From Lysobacter sp. HDW10 (lineage in GTDB: Bacteria; Pseudomonadota; Gammaproteobacteria; Xanthomonadales; Xanthomonadaceae), in the NCBI RefSeq assembly GCF_011300685.1, contig NZ_CP049864.1:572885-612884 (forward strand): DNA of 40,000 nt, written 5' to 3'. Positions 35,747-40,000 of this stretch are shown piece by piece. A model generated the notes under the pieces. That model ran no database searches and was not told the DNA's origin. It saw only the letters and a list, made by a program, of their open reading frames with translations. How positions within the stretch are numbered: the stretch's first letter is position 1; each line of letters begins with the position of its first letter. The position numbers were made by a program, and so were the translations under genes.

Positions 35747-35848
35747 CGCCGCTGAGCTGTTGAATGGCGCTGTAGTTTCCGGCCGAGTGACGCCTTAAGA
35801 TTGACCTGCTGCGCGCTTCCAAAAGGCGTCTTGTCAGTCGCGTCACGG
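35741..35848 (+). repeat. attC-like element (108 bp)
   Basis: The terminal inverted boxes are CGGTGACGC (35741-) and GCGTCACGG (-35848). The internal inverted repeat is GACGCCTT/AAGGCGTC. The next ATG follows 11 nt later. Confidence 0.4.
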
Positions 35849-35858
35849 TGGAGCACAC

Positions 35859-36212
35859 ATGAAAAACGACTTTCGCATTCCGCTCATGAGCGTCTCAAAG
35901 GTCTATCCCGCCTATGTCGCCAAGGCGGAGCGGAAGAACCGCACCAAAGCGGAAGTCGATCAGCTCATTTGCTGGCTCACCGGATATAGTCAGTCGCAGT
36001 TGGACAAGCAGCTGAAGAAAGACATCAACTTCGAATCATTCTTTGCTGAGGCACCTGCCCTTCACCCCAACAGCGCACGCATTTGCGGTGTCATTTGCGG
36101 TGTGCGCGTCGAGGACATTGAAGATCCGACTGTTCAGCTCGCGAGGCGTCTGGATAAGATCATTGACGAACTCGCGAAAGGCAAAACACTCGAGAAGATC
36201 ATGCGTCAATGA
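35859..36212 (+). CDS. DUF2200 domain protein
   Basis: 117 aa. [29 protein letters not shown] and [14 protein letters not shown] match the DUF2200 family pattern. Confidence 0.75.
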   Translation: MKNDFRIPLMSVSKVYPAYVAKAERKNRTKAEVDQLICWLTGYSQSQLDKQLKKDINFESFFAEAPALHPNSARICGVICGVRVEDIEDPTVQLARRLDKIIDELAKGKTLEKIMRQ

Positions 36213-36248
36213 CGATCTGATTGCACTTAGACAAAAAACGGACGCAGC

Positions 36249-36638
36249 GTGCTCAAGACCTACATAAGAGATCTCAAACCCGGAAAGATAACGCTTTGGT
36301 GTTATCTCATTTGGTATCTGGTAACGGTCATTCTGTACTTTGATCCGCAACCTCGGATTTGGATCAACTCACTCGGCATCAGCGCGATCATTGGCACGGC
36401 GCTTCTGTTAAGCGTGAAGAAGGGTGCGGAGACGGATCACTGGCAGACCTTCAGACTTTTCATGATGCCGTTTGGTGTGTCCAGTTTCGCTGCACTCATT
36501 AAGAGCAAAGGCTTCTATTTGGTCTTTCCTTCCAATCTCCAACATCTGGGCGTGCTCATCGGCGCCTGCCTGTCGTTTCTGCTGATCGTTGGTTTACTGA
36601 AAGGGTGGATGGCGCCGCATGATGAAGCGGGCGCCTAA
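36249..36638 (+). CDS. Four-TM membrane protein (129 aa), hypothetical
   Basis: GTG start 36 nt after the DUF2200 gene, with no attC between them. Confidence 0.5.
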   Translation: MLKTYIRDLKPGKITLWCYLIWYLVTVILYFDPQPRIWINSLGISAIIGTALLLSVKKGAETDHWQTFRLFMMPFGVSSFAALIKSKGFYLVFPSNLQHLGVLIGACLSFLLIVGLLKGWMAPHDEAGA

Positions 36639-36685
36639 GCGGGTGGGCATTTAGCCAATAAGCGGCCACGGGCATCCGCTTAGCT
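36633..36685 (+). repeat. attC-like relic (53 bp)
   Basis: GCCTAAGCGG...CCGCTTAGCT. The R''-like box is GCCTAAG and the R'-like box is CTTAGCT, each one base away from GCCTAAC and GTTAGC. Confidence 0.4.
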
Positions 36686-36826
36686 GCCATCATTAGGTCA
36701 CTGGTTGCACGGGGTGCCTTTGGGAAGCTTTTTCTTGCAGTGGCGGTGTTGCTGGCGCGCCATGATCAGGATTCGAAGCGACACGCATGCCCGACCTGTC
36801 GGATTGACCCACCTTAGGAGACTTAC

Positions 36827-37192
36827 ATGTACAAGCCATTTTTAGTTGCAGCTGTATTGTCTTGCTTCGCGACGCCTGCCTTGGCGGATTGCAAGAATCC
36901 CGTGACACAGTTGGACATGAATCAATGTGCTGCGAGTGACTTGGCGCGCGCTGACGCCAAGCTCAATGCCAATTACAAGAAGCTCATGACGCTGCTGGAT
37001 GCAAATCAAAAAGCCGAGGTGAAAGGGGTTCAACTTGCATGGATCAAATTCAAAGATCTCAACTGCAAGTTTGAATCATCAAGCGCAGAAGGCGGATCGA
37101 TGCAGCCGCTGCTCCGCGATTCGTGTTTGATCGATTTGACAGAGGCGCGCAACAAAGACATCTTGAGCTGGATTGAATCGTTTGGCATGTAG
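36827..37192 (+). CDS. Lysozyme inhibitor LprI family protein (DUF1311)
   Basis: It has a signal peptide. CKNPVTQLDMNQCAASDLARADAKLNANYKKL and QLAWIKFKDLNC are DUF1311 motifs. Confidence 0.75.
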   Translation: MYKPFLVAAVLSCFATPALADCKNPVTQLDMNQCAASDLARADAKLNANYKKLMTLLDANQKAEVKGVQLAWIKFKDLNCKFESSSAEGGSMQPLLRDSCLIDLTEARNKDILSWIESFGM

Positions 37193-37278
37193 TGGCGTAC
37201 GTTGCGTCATTCCATTGGAGACAGCCATGAAGCGCACCGTTTCAGCTTTGCGCGTCAACTTGATTCACGCCAAGGCAT

Positions 37279-37806
37279 GTGAGGCATCGAACTGTCGTGA
37301 TAGGTCTTAAACAGCTCGAGATCATCTGCCCCAGGTGCGCGGCGCATGCTGTTTTTCGCGAGCCCTATGCGTTTCATTCGGGCGATGGTGCGGAGACCGT
37401 GCTTCGATGGGGCAATTGGCACATTGTGGAGCGTTATCCCGAGCTTTTACCGTGGCGCGCACCGGCAGGTAGCAACAACCAATATCTAACCTATGGCGAA
37501 AGCGACGGCGATGGCTATGCGTTGTTCAAGGAAGGTGTCGTCGAATGCAAGGCGTGCGCCGCGTCGTTCGTACATGCCTTGGCATGGCCGACAGATGCAT
37601 GGTGGCAATGGTCAATTCGCGGACAGATGCTCTGGGCATGGGACCGTGCACATGCCGAACAGATTTTGACCTACGTGCGTGCGGCAGATCGCCCGCCTCG
37701 CCCCATCCATGGGCCCTTGGGAAGTTTGCCCACGCACTTCCTGACCGCAAAAATTCGGCCTACAGTGGTGAAGGTGATGACGCGCAAGTTGACGGAGAAG
37801 ACTTGA
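37279..37806 (+). CDS. Hypothetical Trp-rich protein with CxxC...CxxC
   Basis: 175 aa with ICPRCAAH and ECKACAAS pairs. It has a GTG start with a weak SD. The start is uncertain (see findings). Confidence 0.45.
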   Translation: MRHRTVVIGLKQLEIICPRCAAHAVFREPYAFHSGDGAETVLRWGNWHIVERYPELLPWRAPAGSNNQYLTYGESDGDGYALFKEGVVECKACAASFVHALAWPTDAWWQWSIRGQMLWAWDRAHAEQILTYVRAADRPPRPIHGPLGSLPTHFLTAKIRPTVVKVMTRKLTEKT

Positions 37807-37842
37807 TGCAAGGACGTTCGTACAGGTTGCCAGTCGACACAC

Positions 37843-38511
37843 ATGATTGCTAGGTTGCCGCGCTGGGTGTGGCCCGCGACGTGGGTGCTGGCTTTCATGG
37901 CAGGGATCATCAACGTCGTCGGCTTCTTGGGGTTCGAGCATCAAGGCATCACCCACTTGACGGGCACCACCTCGATGCTGGGCGCCGCAATCGCGGACGC
38001 AAATATGTCGGGTGTGTTGCACTTTGCATTGTTGATTGTCGCGTTCGTTCTGGGTTGCGCGATCAGTGGCTTCGTTATTCAAGACAGTAAGTTTCAACTT
38101 GGGCGACGCTACGGTGTGGCATTGCTGTTCACTTCGTCACTCCTGTTTCTCTCTGTGCCACTGCTGTCACGAGGCAGCGCATGGGGCATGTATTCGGCGG
38201 CATGTGCCGCCGGCATACAGAACGCGATGGTCAGTGCCTTTAGTGGTGCGGTCGTTCGCACGACGCACGTCTCGGGCATGCTGACGGATCTCGGCATTTC
38301 GTTGGGCCATGTATTGCGTCGTTTGCCGCTGGATACACCGAGGCTTCGATTGAGTCTTACGGTGATTACGGGTTTCTTGTGCGGCGGCATTGCGGGCGCG
38401 CTGTTGTTTCGTGCAGTGCGTTATGAGGCCTTGCTTGTACCGGCGTCGCTTTCTGCGCTTGCTGCAGTGAGCTATGTCGTGTTTCGTCTTCGTCATCCTC
38501 GCCAACACTAG
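37843..38511 (+). CDS. YoaK/DUF1275 family membrane protein
   Basis: 222 aa. LAFMAGIINVVGFLGFEHQGITHLTGTTSMLG matches the DUF1275 pattern. Confidence 0.7.
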   Translation: MIARLPRWVWPATWVLAFMAGIINVVGFLGFEHQGITHLTGTTSMLGAAIADANMSGVLHFALLIVAFVLGCAISGFVIQDSKFQLGRRYGVALLFTSSLLFLSVPLLSRGSAWGMYSAACAAGIQNAMVSAFSGAVVRTTHVSGMLTDLGISLGHVLRRLPLDTPRLRLSLTVITGFLCGGIAGALLFRAVRYEALLVPASLSALAAVSYVVFRLRHPRQH

Positions 38512-38544
38512 GCCGGCGTACACTGAATCCGTCTGCAAGAACGG

Positions 38545-38910
38545 GTGAGTCTCGTGACTGTAAAACTCAAGCGTGCCTACGACGCACCTGCCGACCAGGA
38601 TGGCTACAGGGTGCTCGTCGACCGTCTTTGGCCACGTGGCGTGGCCAAAGCAAAGGCCAAGATCGACCTCTGGCTAAAAGACGTTGCCCCTTCGACCGAG
38701 CTTCGCAAATGGTTTGCGCATGATCCTGAGAAATGGGCTGAGTTCAAGAAGAAGTACGCTGAAGAACTCAAGAAGAACCCGGCGTGGGACGAACTCAAAT
38801 CGTTGGCCAAAGGCAAGTCCATCACCTTGATCTATGCGGCCAAGGATGAAGTCCATAATGAAGCCGCTTATCTCAAACAACGCCTGGACCGTGGAAAATC
38901 GCATGCGTAA
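38545..38910 (+). CDS. DUF488 family protein
   Basis: 121 aa. YRVLVDRLWPRGVAK, WLKDVAPSTELRKWFAHDPEKWAEF and ITLIYAAKD are DUF488 signatures. Confidence 0.8.
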   Translation: MSLVTVKLKRAYDAPADQDGYRVLVDRLWPRGVAKAKAKIDLWLKDVAPSTELRKWFAHDPEKWAEFKKKYAEELKKNPAWDELKSLAKGKSITLIYAAKDEVHNEAAYLKQRLDRGKSHA

Positions 38911-39309
38911 ACACACGCCGCTTTTGAAGCGCGCCGCACCAACGGGCATGTATGTCGCCGCTTTTTTATGCGCCATTGTTGCAACCAGCAGCAATGCGCA
39001 ACAAGCGCGTGTGCCCATCGTCGGCCTGCCCTGTGAAGGCTGCGAAGCGGTCTTTGATGGACAACCCGCGCAACTCAACGCGCGTGCACGTATTGCGCCG
39101 CTGGCGGAGCCGGGCTCGCGACGTACTACATCGACGACATCATGTTCACCGATGATGCGCGTTTGACGCCAAAGCAGATTCAGCGAATCGCGAAGAACCG
39201 CGGTGGAAACGGCATCTCGACACCGGTGCATCACAATGGCGTTTGGTATGTCACGCGTGACATTCAACTCGGCAAGAACATTCCCGGGTATGCCGCGTGC
39301 AAGGCCTGA
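38903..39309 (+). pseudogene. Secreted dioxygenase-like protein gene with internal deletion and frameshift
   Basis: The N-terminal frame gives MRKHTPLL...GLPCEGCEAVFDGQPAQLNARARIAPLAEPG, then runs out of sense. A second frame from 39124 gives YYIDDIMFTDDARLTPKQIQRIAKNRGGNGISTPVHHNGVWYVTRDIQLGKNIPGYAACKA and stops at 39307-39309. Confidence 0.5.
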
Positions 39310-39333
39310 CATTGCGTTTAGTTGAGGTGATTT

Positions 39334-39606
39334 TTGCGAAAACATGAACTGTATGCCGCAGCGGCTTCGATTCTGACATTTGTACTTTTGTGTCGTGTGT
39401 TCTCCGGTACGCCGGAAAACGCCGGCCCACTTGCTTGGTTGAGTCCGGGTGCGGCCGTGAATGGCATCTCATTTGCGTTGGCCTTTGCGGCAGGCATGCC
39501 ACCTAAAGTGGCCATGACCCTCGCCATTGTTTTGATGATTGCATTGCCCTACGGCGTTTACCGCCTGACACGATTTTTGCTGGCGCGCCGGATAGCGAAA
39601 GGTTGA
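39334..39606 (+). CDS. Small membrane protein (90 aa), hypothetical
   Basis: TTG start and three hydrophobic helices. It abuts the SMR gene. Confidence 0.4.
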   Translation: MRKHELYAAAASILTFVLLCRVFSGTPENAGPLAWLSPGAAVNGISFALAFAAGMPPKVAMTLAIVLMIALPYGVYRLTRFLLARRIAKG

Positions 39607-39609
39607 GTG

Positions 39610-39930
39610 ATGAATTGGTTTGTTCTGGTGGTGGCTGGCTTGTTTGAAGTGGTTTGGGCTGTGGGGCTTAAACACACGGAAGGCTTTACGAAACTTTGGC
39701 CATCCGTGATGACCTTGCTTGCGATGGGCATCAGCTTCTACCTGCTCAGCACGGCATTACGCACTTTGCCGATTGGTACGGCCTACGCAGTTTGGGTGGG
39801 CATCGGTGCCGTTGGCACCGCCATCGCCGGTATCGTGTTGTTCAATGAACCTGCGACGTTTCTGAAGGTGATGAGTTTGTGTCTCGTGGTGGGCGGCATT
39901 ATTGGTCTCAAACTCTCCAGTTCAACTTAA
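39610..39930 (+). CDS. sugE: SMR family transporter, SugE/Gdx-type
   Basis: [32 protein letters not shown], with the essential Glu in LFEV. It has four TM helices and is 106 aa. Confidence 0.85.
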   Translation: MNWFVLVVAGLFEVVWAVGLKHTEGFTKLWPSVMTLLAMGISFYLLSTALRTLPIGTAYAVWVGIGAVGTAIAGIVLFNEPATFLKVMSLCLVVGGIIGLKLSSST

Positions 39931-39950
39931 GTCCACTCAGGGAAGCCGTT

Positions 39951-40000
39951 ATGAATGTACTGGCCGTCGTACTGGTTGCATTGGTTGCTTTGATTCACAT
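39951..40000 (+). CDS. 5' end of a membrane protein gene (truncated by the window edge)
   Basis: The ATG at 39951 is preceded by GGGAAG. MNVLAVVLVALVALIH is hydrophobic. Identity cannot be determined. Confidence 0.3.
   Translation, partial: MNVLAVVLVALVALIH

Larger units (their letters stand above)
20360..36685. mobile_element. Chromosomal (sedentary) integron: intI, attI and attC-delimited cassette array
   Basis: An intI gene and a GTTAGGC attI core are followed by a run of co-oriented short ORFs. Each ORF is followed by an imperfect inverted repeat beginning with a GCCTAAC-like box and ending with a GTTAGGC-like box. The distal limit is set at the last attC-like relic and may be wrong. 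Confidence 0.85.

Noticed and set aside
22018-36685. The repeats considered as REP/MITE-type intergenic elements
   Set aside because: They occur strictly once per gene, all in one orientation, immediately 3' of co-oriented ORFs and next to an integron integrase. This cannot be fully excluded without seeing the rest of the genome.
38674-39345. 223-aa minus-strand ORF
   Set aside because: It is antisense to the DUF488 gene and to the dioxygenase-like remnant, and has no motif.

Overview
This window comes from a moderately GC-rich gammaproteobacterial chromosome and has two parts. Gene order and the attC sequence type suggest Xanthomonadales/Lysobacterales, but that is inference only.

Bases 1-20.3 kb are conserved housekeeping DNA:
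- cca (5'-truncated), a VanZ-like gene and a MidA-type methyltransferase
- a folate block (SDR pteridine-reductase-like gene, folK, folB) and tsaD
- the rpsU-yqeY-dnaG operon and a YeiH-type transporter
- a complete aa3-type cytochrome c oxidase structural and biogenesis cluster on the minus strand (ctaC, ctaD, small ORF, ctaG, ctaE, then SURF1, SCO-like, ctaA, ctaB, with a DUF2909 gene on the plus strand)
- putA

From 20.36 kb onward the window is a sedentary chromosomal integron. It has an apparently intact integron integrase gene (intI, minus strand) and an attI-like GTTAGGC crossover point at 21553-21559. A unidirectional plus-strand array of about 25-28 gene cassettes follows. The cassettes are separated by attC sites of two related architectures: a 60-bp Xanthomonas-like type and a long type of about 103-129 bp.

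attC sites are canonical near intI. Toward 36.7 kb they become progressively degenerate, truncated or lost, which fuses cassettes into multi-gene units. The same-strand run of small genes continues to the window end without recognisable attC.

Cassettes encode mostly small membrane, secreted or DUF proteins. Recognisable products are a MazG-like NTP pyrophosphohydrolase, an OsmC-like protein, a complete short BLUF blue-light photoreceptor, a YHYH/Excalibur protein, a membrane-anchored XRE regulator, a VOC/glyoxalase protein, a PDZ protein, a lipoprotein plus alpha/beta-hydrolase pair, and CsaA. Several cassettes are ORF-less or carry gene remnants.

All functional calls rest on motif recognition by eye from the supplied translations. 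No database search or structure prediction was possible.
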